Virus record (IMG/VR): IMGVR_UViG_3300036713_000599
Origin: a virus
Taxonomy: Duplodnaviria; Caudoviricetes
Reading direction: 5' to 3' (one strand)
DNA: 64,000 nucleotides
Below are positions 29,201 through 38,700 of this stretch, one piece after another (the stretch's first letter is position 1; every line of letters begins with the position of its first letter). Both the position numbers and the translations under genes were made by a program. The notes beneath the pieces are model-generated. The model had not been told where the DNA came from and did not search any database. It saw only the letters and a program-made list of their open reading frames with translations.

Positions 29201-32200
29201 CGTCGGCTCCTTGCCGAGGAATTTGTCACCTATGAAGGGCTTTCGCTTCCCGAGTCCCTGGTAGTCAACCCGTGGGAGCGGGTGGGTTCTGGTACTGCCG
29301 TAGTGTCTTCCGGCCATCTTGTGGTCACGGACGATACGTCGGGGTCGTACCCAACAGGGCAGCCAATCTTCTGGCGACGGGAAATTGATACGACATATCC
29401 TCATGTATTTGCCATGTCGTGGAGATTCACTCTTACAATGGTCGCGGAAGCGACTGGAGTCTTCTCGGGTGTGGCGGCAGGTTATTCTGACGACAGTGTA
29501 GCCATTGTCGTTGGCTTCTTAGAGGATGGTGGGGTCAAGAAATTTGGGATTCTAAAGAGGGGTTACGGAGACGACCCTTCTGATATTACGGCGTGGGTGG
29601 GTGGTCTCGATTCTTCTGGCAACTCGACGGCTGCTCCTTCTGAAGTAGATTGGAGCACCATTCATAGCTATCGGCTGCTCCGGGGTATTGATGGTGTGAT
29701 CCGTATCTACGTGGACGGAGACATCGAAGAGATCCTTCGGATCACTCCGGACGAGCTTCCGTTCTTGGAGGAGCTAGACGCTCCCTTTGATGCCATACAA
29801 GGTGTGTTTTTCGGCTCGTTGAGTAGGCCGGCCCGAAATATCTCGGACTGGGATTTCATCCGGTACCTCACACAACCCACAAATCCAATTCAGACGAGCC
29901 CTTCGAGCTTTACCTCTTATGAGGCGAATGTGGTACCTGAGGCGGACTCAAAGCCTTGGACTCCTATTGGCTTCCACGGTACGAGTACAATACTGTCGAC
30001 GGATTTCTTGCTCCTAGACTCCACGAGTGCCTCCGATGTCTCGGATGTTGGGCTCATTGGAGGAGACTTTCATGGCTATCTTCGATTTGAACCACTTCTT
30101 GGGATCTCTTCTGAGATGGTCGTCGATGCCCAGGTGCAGGTCCTGACACACACTCACGGCTTTGACCCGAATGGTGTTATGTTCGCCGTGGATGACGGTA
30201 CACGGCTCATGCAAGTGTGCTTCATCTCAGATCAGGAGCTTCCTAAGATCAGCTATGGTGGTCGATCCCTCCCCGGTGACTTCACCCCCTTCTCGTGGGC
30301 TTCTGCAGGATCGCAAACAGCGGAAATGGCCGGCCGCATTCTTCGGATAACTGATGCGTCGGCAACGGATGGGTTGGTCTATTATTACGATGACGTTGCT
30401 CCAGCAGGTTCAGATGATCGTACTCTTGAGTCAACCATTGACTACATGTTGGAGTGCCGTTGTAGGGTTGTGTCTTACACAGTGGATGGTAGTGGTTACG
30501 CAGGCACCTTCTTCCAAGCCTATGATGGCATTAGAGTCATTGGGCTTCTTTTAGAAGAGGTCTCTGGTACTCGATATGCTTCGTTGCAGTCGGATGGTGT
30601 GGTGTTGGCCCAGTTCGCGTTTGAATGGAATGACAGTGCTTTCCACACTTACCGTCTTCGCAAGAGCACCTCGGGTAATCTGGTAAGCCTTTTCATCGAC
30701 GGCTCTTTCGTCGGAAGCCTTGCCTATAGTTCGTTCACTTCTCCAGGTGTCTCAACTACGGGGCAGATCAGTTTTGGGTCTTCAACTCCTGCAAGTATTG
30801 GCAGCGAGTCAGTTGTGGACTGGGCCTATTGTAACACTTGGAGGGTAAGGGGCGATGTACGCCACTATATTGGTCTCTGGCGGGGTTCAAGTACCGGCAC
30901 CCTCCAGGATTACCATGTCCCCCTGAAAGCGGCAGGAAGAGGGGCATCAGTAGTCGGAAATGTTCTTACTGACGCGAATGCTAGTTTTGTGGTTGACGGG
31001 GTTGCGGCAGGAGATCAGGTTGTTGTCGACGAGGGGCCGAACGCAGGAATCTATGAGGTGTCAGCTGCCACACCTACGACGCTTGTGATGACGACCACGT
31101 TCTCTCAGCAGCCTTCGGAGGTGGATTACAGGGTGGCGGAGGAGACTGACTGGACGACGCAGCACAAGTACCGGCTTGCTAGGGATTCCAATGGGACCGT
31201 CTCCCTTTTACTCGATACGGGAACTCAGCCTATCGTTCAGGTGGAATACGGTGCGGTTGATCTCCCTGCTAGTGGCTCTGGGCTCGTCCGTACTCTGTCT
31301 GGCGGCCTGGCAGCTATAACTTTCGGCGCCTTCGATGTGGAGGGCCTGTCACAGTCCTCATGGGACTTCGTTCGGTACGGGCTCACAAGGTCTCCGACAG
31401 AGCTTCGGATCGTTCCACAGCACGAGATTCTGAACCAATGGAACGTAATGTCCTCACCGGAGCGGTTGTTCACGCAGCTGCCTCATAACCTCACGGATTT
31501 CAAGAGTAGTTCTACAGGTATTGTGCCCAAAGAGGATCCTGACTTTCTAGAAGACCCGGGTCTTACGGCTTTCACGGTACTCAATGAGCAGACTCCTCTC
31601 GTCCCCTTGACGCAGGCATTTGAAACGCGGTCCCCTTACCCTGTCCAAGAGTTCATTTCGGCTCTCAATCGTCCTGAAGACGTACTCAATAATGACGGCG
31701 GCTTCACACTCAATGACGGTACCCGCAGGTTCAAACTTATCGTCCCGGACGACGTTCTATATTCGTGTCTCGACGTCATAGAACAGACGATAGGTGAGCA
31801 GTCACTCATTAAACCCTTCTCGGATGGGTGTGGGTGTGCGTCCGACATGAAATTGGAATACACCCAAGAGGTGTGCTTGACGTACGACGGGGATGTCCTG
31901 CCAGAAAGTGACACAGCGGCACCTACTCCTTGGGATCTTGTGAGCGACAGTCCTGCACAGGTCTCCACGACCGTTTTTTCTAGTGTTTTGACTTACGGTA
32001 CGCTTTCTGGGGGGACTCGGACGGTTTACCGTAACAACACTCCTCTTCCGGATGCTCCTGGTCTTCGAACTGAGGCACAGTTTAAAATGCGTGTTTTGAA
32101 TGACGGGACCCTTGGAACAGATGACACGCAGATCCGGGCAGGGCTTTCGGCGCCAAACCTTACGGTGGCTTTGGCATTTGTTACGACGCCACTTGCGGAA

Positions 32201-32338
32201 CGTTATATTCTCGTGATTGATTTGAATAATGGAAACGTTATGGGTTCGATCACTTTTGACTACCTTGATGGTAACTACCACACCTACCATATCGTTCGAG
32301 ATCCTGGAGCTGGTGTTGTCCAGGTCTCGATCAGCTGA
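26252..32338 (+). CDS. Giant tail-fibre/virion protein with ETVSVSE repeats, Ig-like and lectin-like repeats, 2028 aa
   Basis: GAGG SD. 12 E-T-V-x-V-S-E repeats; bacterial Ig-like segment (PRLIAAS...VLVTYDQPM); four Y-x-G-x-x-(L/V)-P...W units, each followed by an H-x-Y-(R/H)-(L/I) motif. Confidence 0.8.
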   Translation: MSVYGRTAYGDRSFEGLGPSLASSFPTTGATSTGTDVLTYFTVTSEAGIDVSLFNVYDGTTPVILGGVFVGDFDGVVTLGAQDCDVVVSKYPVWASGEHTINIDVTDLAGTQDDLSYTFNTASTGNIVDVNETITVSDTVSTDVNLVAAPSETVSVSEGISTQYGANIGLGETVSASESLTLGSVALLDETVAVSDGVVTEYGAVAELSETVSASESKTVSSATSQAVGETVSVFENVVLRDAVELSESVSVGETLAISEGETRSLNETVLVSETVQAEKGQVVSVSDSVSVSEVVGTLQENHVGLSETVSVTENIGILNPVRIGETVTVAESAAAYFTYGVNPSETVAVTDDVNIGENNQVIIDSLPGTADRQFFRLKFPVPLSWSPRSEQASITALTLTSPDGGVPAAIIGATKEFSTYHTGHLGRLVLQSIDESKSNRFRVPGQYSIDASLIGEYLEISSGSNEGIYKIVGLDGTDLVIDTEMPLTDTVNGYVQGKVEYVSQVVGPTETVHTFRLVNGRVTVSDPLIELVYTDRRDGPLPGIAALGSSYNTIEITVNNATPWLNPEEAFVYVVARISPKTDWRIVSGVTSFLLETSKLTAGKIYELSAKSLLTSEGQYVDFVGYALLEASDVQIPRLIAASTIGDEGAVLVTYDQPMQPDEDNLFSTSDYALTGPITVFVQSVKAYGSNSVVLVTTGMEAGDYTLTVSTGTPKDVAGNPLDPTFNTAIFTVGASPLASRSIFVDKGPIAKPPLTIQSGTGVTFDSFALLTLAGASLTNDHVGKFVTIDSGGSSTNEGTYRITSVVTSSQVRLQASFTLPDTVVFTWEVFDPQDGIVADDPGDVTVRINGSPVTPEAVVGLLGQVVLSTAPSLTDDVTVDYSWCCNPTVDIRRLNSAEFRFNAWNQNYGQTCQATQHQYRYNNVLVRPSDYDSDDPRALLDQPKERELHYRGYERAYTAVLNDPTLLVFNTPIHRIAYPPARRLLAEEFVTYEGLSLPESLVVNPWERVGSGTAVVSSGHLVVTDDTSGSYPTGQPIFWRREIDTTYPHVFAMSWRFTLTMVAEATGVFSGVAAGYSDDSVAIVVGFLEDGGVKKFGILKRGYGDDPSDITAWVGGLDSSGNSTAAPSEVDWSTIHSYRLLRGIDGVIRIYVDGDIEEILRITPDELPFLEELDAPFDAIQGVFFGSLSRPARNISDWDFIRYLTQPTNPIQTSPSSFTSYEANVVPEADSKPWTPIGFHGTSTILSTDFLLLDSTSASDVSDVGLIGGDFHGYLRFEPLLGISSEMVVDAQVQVLTHTHGFDPNGVMFAVDDGTRLMQVCFISDQELPKISYGGRSLPGDFTPFSWASAGSQTAEMAGRILRITDASATDGLVYYYDDVAPAGSDDRTLESTIDYMLECRCRVVSYTVDGSGYAGTFFQAYDGIRVIGLLLEEVSGTRYASLQSDGVVLAQFAFEWNDSAFHTYRLRKSTSGNLVSLFIDGSFVGSLAYSSFTSPGVSTTGQISFGSSTPASIGSESVVDWAYCNTWRVRGDVRHYIGLWRGSSTGTLQDYHVPLKAAGRGASVVGNVLTDANASFVVDGVAAGDQVVVDEGPNAGIYEVSAATPTTLVMTTTFSQQPSEVDYRVAEETDWTTQHKYRLARDSNGTVSLLLDTGTQPIVQVEYGAVDLPASGSGLVRTLSGGLAAITFGAFDVEGLSQSSWDFVRYGLTRSPTELRIVPQHEILNQWNVMSSPERLFTQLPHNLTDFKSSSTGIVPKEDPDFLEDPGLTAFTVLNEQTPLVPLTQAFETRSPYPVQEFISALNRPEDVLNNDGGFTLNDGTRRFKLIVPDDVLYSCLDVIEQTIGEQSLIKPFSDGCGCASDMKLEYTQEVCLTYDGDVLPESDTAAPTPWDLVSDSPAQVSTTVFSSVLTYGTLSGGTRTVYRNNTPLPDAPGLRTEAQFKMRVLNDGTLGTDDTQIRAGLSAPNLTVALAFVTTPLAERYILVIDLNNGNVMGSITFDYLDGNYHTYHIVRDPGAGVVQVSIS
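26642..27320 (+). repeat. Protein-level tandem repeat: 12 x (E/D)-(T/S)-(V/I)-x-(V/A)-x-(E/D), period 18 or 20 aa
   Basis: ETITVSD, ETVSVSE, ETVSASE, ETVAVSD, ETVSASE, ETVSVFE, ESVSVGE, ETVLVSE, DSVSVSE, ETVSVTE, ETVTVAE, ETVAVTD. Confidence 0.85.
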
Positions 32339-32349
32339 GGACTCATCAC

Positions 32350-34551
32350 ATGGCTGCTGAGATTACGTTCGACCAACCGACTGGGGCGGGTGCTGGTGTT
32401 GCCGGAAAGGCTCGGAATGACCTTTGGTTGAGCCAAGCGGTAGACATGGTCTCTAGCGGAACCGGTTCGACGTACCTGTGGGAGTTGTTGGACGCCCCTC
32501 CAGGTAGTTCTGCAGTGATCGCAAACCCTACCGCGAGCACAGCAAATATTACACCTGATGAAGTAGGTACCTACCGTATTCAGCTTACGGTGGATGGCGG
32601 GGGATTGGACAATGTTATTGTCAAGGTCATCCGTGCTCGCTTCAGTGACTCGGGTGAGCTTCTTTTTCGGGGCTGGGCTTTGCCGGCGATCGACGAGGAA
32701 ATCGACGAGGCCGACTACGGAACCAATACGCGGCACTGGGCTGAGGTGTGGGAGTCCATTATACCTGATGTCCGAGGCAACCTGACTCGTTCGCTCGTGT
32801 TTCGACCTGGTGGGCCAGCTGGCGGTAACGTCTACGCGAGCTGGTCTGACCTTATGGTGGCTTTCGGTGAGACTTCCGGTCTAGTGACTGTCGAAATAGA
32901 TGGTGACTATGACCAGCCGGTCGTCCCTCCTGGGTCGTGGGACTTTGAGTCCAGAGCTATTTTGGTTGGAAGGGGTTTTGCAGGCTTTCGTGTACCTTTA
33001 GAAATAGGCGATGGCTCCACTAGTGACACGGAGCTGAGTGGGGTTAGCGGTTTCCGAAATCTTGAAGTTTATGCCGTAAATGATGCGACGAACACTGCTT
33101 CGAATTACATAGCGAGCGATAAAATTTGGTTTGAAGACTGTGACGTTTATTCCCAAAACATTGGTGCTCCTCGGAGAATGTTCGAAATGGAGCAGAGCGA
33201 GATCATTCTTCGGGGTAGAACACGTTTTCTAGAAGGGGGCACTGAGTCTATATACGTTGTGCCCTTTAATCCAGGTAATAGTGTTTATGTCGAGAATTTC
33301 AGTTCTATCGACGAGTCTGTGTTGGACGTCCCTGCTAATGCCACGGTTGACATTTATTTAGCCAACCAAACTACGACCTACGACACCTCTCAAACAGTAA
33401 GCGGAACCCTGAACGCATTTTCTTCGACTGCGTACACCTTTTTTGTGTACCGGCCAGGAGGGATTTCTTCTGGTAATGTCTACTCTGATTGGGCCACATT
33501 GATGGGAAAAGTGGCGTCTACAGAGGGACCGAAGACAATTGAGCTGGACCCTTCGGTGGACCCGAATACGCGATGTGATATTCCTAGTGGCACGTGGGAC
33601 TTAGGGTACAACACCACCCTCCGTGGGGATGGTTCCGTTGTCGTGCTTATGGAGGATGGCGCCAATTTCAGAAATGCTTCTGTACTAGAAGGTGGTTTGG
33701 AAATTTGGAGTGCCAGCACGAGTGTTGTGTTCACGTGGTCTGGTACGAAAACTCTTAGCCTCCGCGACTCCTGCAAGCTGATCGGGGCCCAGTATCCTGG
33801 CCAATCAGCTCCAACTTTCCCTCTCTTGGAAGGTGGGAGCCACGTCATTGATATGAGAGACGACTCGGCTTTGAGGGCCTCTTTGGGCGATCAGCCGGTT
33901 TTGGACAATGATGACTTGCCTAACGACCTCATCCTCATGTATGATCGTGCTAGTATCGAGGATGGGTCAGGAGGCAGCAATCAGTCGTATGCTCTAAATG
34001 CTGGTGAACAAGATGACATAGGGATCAACTTTTATTCTCCTGCGTCGTATTTCAATCACGACAGAACTAACCTAAACATACAGTCTTGGGCGGTTAGGCA
34101 AAATGTCATATCTCTCGTGAAGGGCTCCTTCAGCAATGCATCCTCTACGCCTTCAGCTGTGGGGGGTGGTCACCTGGATCTCGCCAGGATGGGGACGGCC
34201 CATTCCAATTTGACAGCCAGGCTTCTGGTCTTGTTGGAGACCACGAGCGGTACTCCGGGGTTCGAGGCGTATTTTGACTTGTACGATGTATTCGGTATTT
34301 TGAATTCAGGCGTACCTGCTGTAGTAGCGGGCTCTCAGGTGAACACGGGGACGGGGGTGCCACCTGTGGGTGGTCCTACAACTAACCCTCTTGTTCCGAG
34401 CCTGTATGTAGTTGATCTTAGTTCGTTGCTTGCGTCGGTTCCGGCAGCAACAGCTTCTTATGTGGTCTTAGAAGCTAGACTCTGGATTGGCACGACTGGT
34501 GGGGGCAACGTAGCAACCTGCAAATCGGCCGAGTTGGCCTTCGAGTGGTGA
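32350..34551 (+). CDS. Tailspike-like protein: PKD scaffold + duplicated beta-helix-like insert + C-terminal beta-sandwich, 733 aa
   Basis: N-terminus (STYLWELLDAPP...ANITPDEVGTYRIQLT) and C-terminus (...VATCKSAELAF) match the 277-aa scaffold. Internal duplication FRPGG...GNVY...W at ~32791 and ~33439. Confidence 0.72.
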   Translation: MAAEITFDQPTGAGAGVAGKARNDLWLSQAVDMVSSGTGSTYLWELLDAPPGSSAVIANPTASTANITPDEVGTYRIQLTVDGGGLDNVIVKVIRARFSDSGELLFRGWALPAIDEEIDEADYGTNTRHWAEVWESIIPDVRGNLTRSLVFRPGGPAGGNVYASWSDLMVAFGETSGLVTVEIDGDYDQPVVPPGSWDFESRAILVGRGFAGFRVPLEIGDGSTSDTELSGVSGFRNLEVYAVNDATNTASNYIASDKIWFEDCDVYSQNIGAPRRMFEMEQSEIILRGRTRFLEGGTESIYVVPFNPGNSVYVENFSSIDESVLDVPANATVDIYLANQTTTYDTSQTVSGTLNAFSSTAYTFFVYRPGGISSGNVYSDWATLMGKVASTEGPKTIELDPSVDPNTRCDIPSGTWDLGYNTTLRGDGSVVVLMEDGANFRNASVLEGGLEIWSASTSVVFTWSGTKTLSLRDSCKLIGAQYPGQSAPTFPLLEGGSHVIDMRDDSALRASLGDQPVLDNDDLPNDLILMYDRASIEDGSGGSNQSYALNAGEQDDIGINFYSPASYFNHDRTNLNIQSWAVRQNVISLVKGSFSNASSTPSAVGGGHLDLARMGTAHSNLTARLLVLLETTSGTPGFEAYFDLYDVFGILNSGVPAVVAGSQVNTGTGVPPVGGPTTNPLVPSLYVVDLSSLLASVPAATASYVVLEARLWIGTTGGGNVATCKSAELAFEW

Positions 34552-34556
34552 AATAG

Positions 34557-35528
34557 ATGGCTCTCCCGACACTAGAAAAAACTTGGCAGTTCTCCGTCAA
34601 TCAATCGGTCGGTGGGATTGCTGTAGATAATGACAACGCGGATCTCCTTTGGAAGATACAAAATGCTTTGAAGAACTTCGTGTCAGGTCAATGGTCGGTC
34701 GCGTCCAGCTCTGATGGGTCAAACTTTGGGTTGTCAGATTTCTGGCAGACGGATTACACAGACATCACTTGGGCAGCCGGTTCAGTGGCCCATTCCTGGA
34801 TTGTGTTGACAAACAGTGCCACGAACGCCCAGCTATGCATCGACTGCAACGTGGCTGAAGCCGGTAGCGAAACCGGACAAGTGTACTTTTCCCCAGGAGG
34901 AGGGTATGCCACCACAGGGCTCGCCACAACAGATCGGCCCACTCCTCCAGCAGACGAGGTCCTTATCACAGCTGGACCAGGGTACGGCGGGTCAGATGGA
35001 GCGTGGAACGGGAAAGTTCACGTGATGATGAGCAGCGACGGAGAGGCCACCAGAATTGCAGTCTGCGAATCGAATGGGTGTGTGGCTCTCTGGCTCTTAG
35101 ACGCCGCTCGAAATCCAATAACGGGTTGGACCAACGCAAATATTGGGTGTGCCGCTGGTAGGAGTAGCTCTGGGGTATCAGACTATTCAACATACGCAAA
35201 CCTTAACGCTGCGACTAAGCTGAAGAGTTACATCACGACCTCTTTTGACCTGTATCTCACCAGTGAAGGATATGGGTCAGGTATGGTTGGAAACAGCCCT
35301 TCTGGGACCGTAGCAGACAGCCAGACGGGATCATGGCCCATGTTGCCCATAGGGCTAGCGAGTGAGACTGCGGCTCATGTGGGCCGAAAGGGTGGTCTCT
35401 ACGACATCTGGTGGGGTAGTGTCACGCGAAATACAGGTGACTCCTACCCCAATGACACGTCGTACCAATTCGTGCAGTTTGGGGACATCATTCTTCCCTG
35501 GAGCGGCGTGCTTCCACAGGTGTCATAA
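34557..35528 (+). CDS. ~330-aa fibre-associated paralog family member, 323 aa
   Basis: LEKTW...LWKIQNAL...WSVASSSDG...D-x-W...SWIVL...SSDG...MLPIGL...RKGGLYDIWW motif series shared with 41456-45475. Confidence 0.8.
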   Translation: MALPTLEKTWQFSVNQSVGGIAVDNDNADLLWKIQNALKNFVSGQWSVASSSDGSNFGLSDFWQTDYTDITWAAGSVAHSWIVLTNSATNAQLCIDCNVAEAGSETGQVYFSPGGGYATTGLATTDRPTPPADEVLITAGPGYGGSDGAWNGKVHVMMSSDGEATRIAVCESNGCVALWLLDAARNPITGWTNANIGCAAGRSSSGVSDYSTYANLNAATKLKSYITTSFDLYLTSEGYGSGMVGNSPSGTVADSQTGSWPMLPIGLASETAAHVGRKGGLYDIWWGSVTRNTGDSYPNDTSYQFVQFGDIILPWSGVLPQVS

Positions 35529-35773
35529 TGGCCACTGTAGATGGAGACTTGGCAGGTAGAACGGACTATGGTGATGGGCTCCTGAGCGGAGCTGTGGGCA
35601 GCTCCCATGCCCTTCCACAAGGCTCTGGAGTCTTCGAGGTTAGGTACAAAATGCGTGCCTGGGAGACGAGTGTGGGTTGGGTTACGTGGATTAGTTATGG
35701 CACACCAGACCCGAACCCGCCGGCGGGCACAGGTCCTGTTGAAGATGTGACTATAGTTGCTTCCTGGGAGTGA
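35528..35773 (+). CDS. Small 'R-A-W' module protein, 81 aa
   Basis: TAATG overlap. YKMRAWETSVGWVTWISYGTPDPNPPAG is similar to 45477..45713 and to the C-terminus of 23832..26243. Confidence 0.75.
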   Translation: MATVDGDLAGRTDYGDGLLSGAVGSSHALPQGSGVFEVRYKMRAWETSVGWVTWISYGTPDPNPPAGTGPVEDVTIVASWE

Positions 35774-35776
35774 TTA

Positions 35777-38700
35777 ATGCCTGTTGCTACCAAATCCTTG
35801 TCTTTTGGCACGAATAAGTACGTCACGATGGGCGATGTGCTGGACGACGACGGGACGGGTGTTTTAGTTTTTTCATTTTGGTTGAAATGTTCTTCCGGTA
35901 CCTATCCTCTCATCTTGAAACAAGAGGGGGTGAGCCCCTATTTGGGTTACGCTGTTTGGGTTGATTCAGACAAGATTCGGTGGGATCTTGTTCACGACAC
36001 AACTACGAATGCCTTGAAGGTAGAGGCTTCTATGGCTTCGGTTGCAACGGGTCAGTGGACCCATGTCGTGGTTATGTCAGATGGCAGTCGTACGCCAGGG
36101 GGAATGCGGGTATATGTCAATGGCGTCCAACAGGTATTGACCACGATTACAAATACCTTGACCTTGTCTATTTCGAATTCTTATCCATTCCAATTTGGAA
36201 AGCAAGGTGCGAGAACAGACTGGTGGTTCACTGGCAATCTGACTCAGGTGGTCAAGTACACCCGAATGCTCACGTCGGCAGAGGTTGCGGATCTGTACAA
36301 CCAGGGTAACCCCCCGAATGTCACCAATCTTAGCTCAAATGACGCCATTGAGGCATATTGGCCTCTTGGGGAAGGTGACGTCTTCCCGGTAAATTTCGAA
36401 AGAGCGTTGGATCCTGTAGTCTTGTACAATGCTGGAACAGAGAGTTCTTTTTACCAACTTTCGAACAAAATTGAGTCTATTGAGTGGTGTCGAGGTGAGG
36501 GTCTAGAAGACACGGCACCGTACTATGAAGGGCCGGGTGGTGTTTTTTGTCCATTTTCGACTAAATTTGACGTAGACGCTTTTTACAGAGCAGGGCCTAT
36601 CAATAATTTGGCTCACACGAGTCCTTGGACGATGTCTGTGTGGCTTAAATGGAACTACACAGATAGCCGTAATGGCGTGATAATGGGTCGTTTCGTAGGT
36701 TATCCGGGAGGCGCTGAGGGTTATGGTTACGGGTTATACACAGAAGGAAGTTCTTCTGGGGCTGTAGGGATCTCTACACGGTTTAGCGGAGTCTCTCAAG
36801 GACCTGTTGTTCAGACGACGGCAGAGACGTTCAATGACAACAATTGGCACCATGTTGTGGCGACTTATGATGGAAGCCAAGTTGCGGGAGGTATGCACAT
36901 TTGGGTAGACGGGGAGGATGAACCCCTCACAATATTGAGCAGTGCGACCCTCCAAGGGCTGCCCACAGCCTCTTTTTGCTTGGCAGGGTACGCTGACACA
37001 GCAGGTACCCAATCTTTTGAGGGGTTCATGTCTCAACCCACTATGTGGGGTCGAGTACTTGGTGTGAATGAAATCGAGGCCTTGTACAATGGTGGTGTGC
37101 CAGCAGAAATAGCCGGTTTTGCGGACCCTAGCTTACTAGGTTATTGGAGGATGGGCGATGGGGACACCTTCCCTGTTATTTCCGACAATATTGGAAGTAA
37201 TGACGCCATTATTCAACAAGCGAGCCCCCCATTCTCCCAAACTTCTTGCTTGTTTGACGGTTCGAATGAGTACGTGACGATGGGGAATGCGTCTGAGTTG
37301 TCCTTTGAGAGGACGGACGCATTCTCGGTTTCTTGTTGGTTCAAGTTGGACCCTGGAGACTCAGGGTATCTTATGTCCAAAATGGACGCAGGACCGACGG
37401 GATATGGCCTTTTTGCTGATTCCAGTAATACCAGAATATACATTCAAGATACCTCATCTTTTCAGATAGAAGTGACTACTACAAGTGCCTACGATGATGG
37501 AATTTGGCATCACGTCGTGGTAACCTATGACGGGACCTCGCTTGCGAGCGGGATCTCTATCTATATTGACGGCAGTTCTGTCGGTACTTCGACCGTAGAT
37601 GATACTCTTGGCACCAACAGTATTCTCAACACTGCATCCTTCAATGTTAGTAGTCGTACTGACGGTGCTGCAGGTCTGATGGACGGCAAGATTGATGAAG
37701 CGGCCGTCTACGACAAAGAACTGTCCTCTGGGGAGGTGGCTGCTATCTATAATGGAGGGATTCCGGTAGACTTGTCGGGGCTTAGCAGCTCTCCTAGCCT
37801 CGTCGGTTGGTGGAGAATGGGAGATGGGGACACTTTTCCCACACTCACAGACAATTCTTCCAATAGCAACGATGGTACTGCGGTCAACATGGAATCAGAG
37901 GATTTCCATGGAGACGCTCCAGGAAAATTCTCTCTATTATTTGACGGAGTGGACGAATACGTGACGATGGGGAATGTGACCGAATTATCCTTTGAAAGGA
38001 CGGATGCGTTTTCGATTAGTTTTTGGTTCAAGTCAACGTCAACTGTTGAGCAATACATTGTAGGTAAAACAGCGGCAGCACCTGCGTACACAGGATACCT
38101 GGTATACTTAGTTGGATCTGTGGGGACCATACGTGTCCAGTTGGTTGCTGATGTTGGTTCCAGTAACTACCTGCAGAAGACTACAGTTGCCTCGTACAAT
38201 GACGGGGCTTGGCATCACGTTGTTATTGCGTACAATGGATCGAGTAAGGCTGTAGGTGTGTCGATCTATGTGGATGGTGTCCAAGTCAGCACAACAGACA
38301 ACCTAGATGCCCTGTCATCAAGCATTGCCACAACGGCCGCTTTCGAAGTCGGTGATGCTTCAGCAGCTACTTCGCCGTTTGTCGGTCAGGTTAAGGATGT
38401 TGCTGTCTACGACAAAGAGCTTTTTGCCGTGGAGGTGGTCGAGATTCACCAAGGAGGTGCACTTTTGAGTCTTCCCACCTCGTCGGGTTTGTTGGGCTAC
38501 TGGAGGCTCGGAGATGGGGACACTTTCCCGACTGCCACAGATAGCAGCGTGAGTGGCAATGACGGAACCATGACAAACATGGAGTCCGCGGACATTGTGA
38601 ATGATGCCCCCTTGCCTATGTTCTTTCCGTATTACAGTGTGTCTGTTGTTAATGACACGACACCTCGATTTTCGCAATTGTCTTGTCTGTTCAATGGGAC

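Noticed and set aside
28460-29404. 314-aa minus-strand ORF
   Set aside because: It lies entirely antisense to the 2028-aa gene, has no recognisable motifs, and has the composition of a shadow ORF. The same applies to the other short minus-strand and alternate-frame ORFs in the track.
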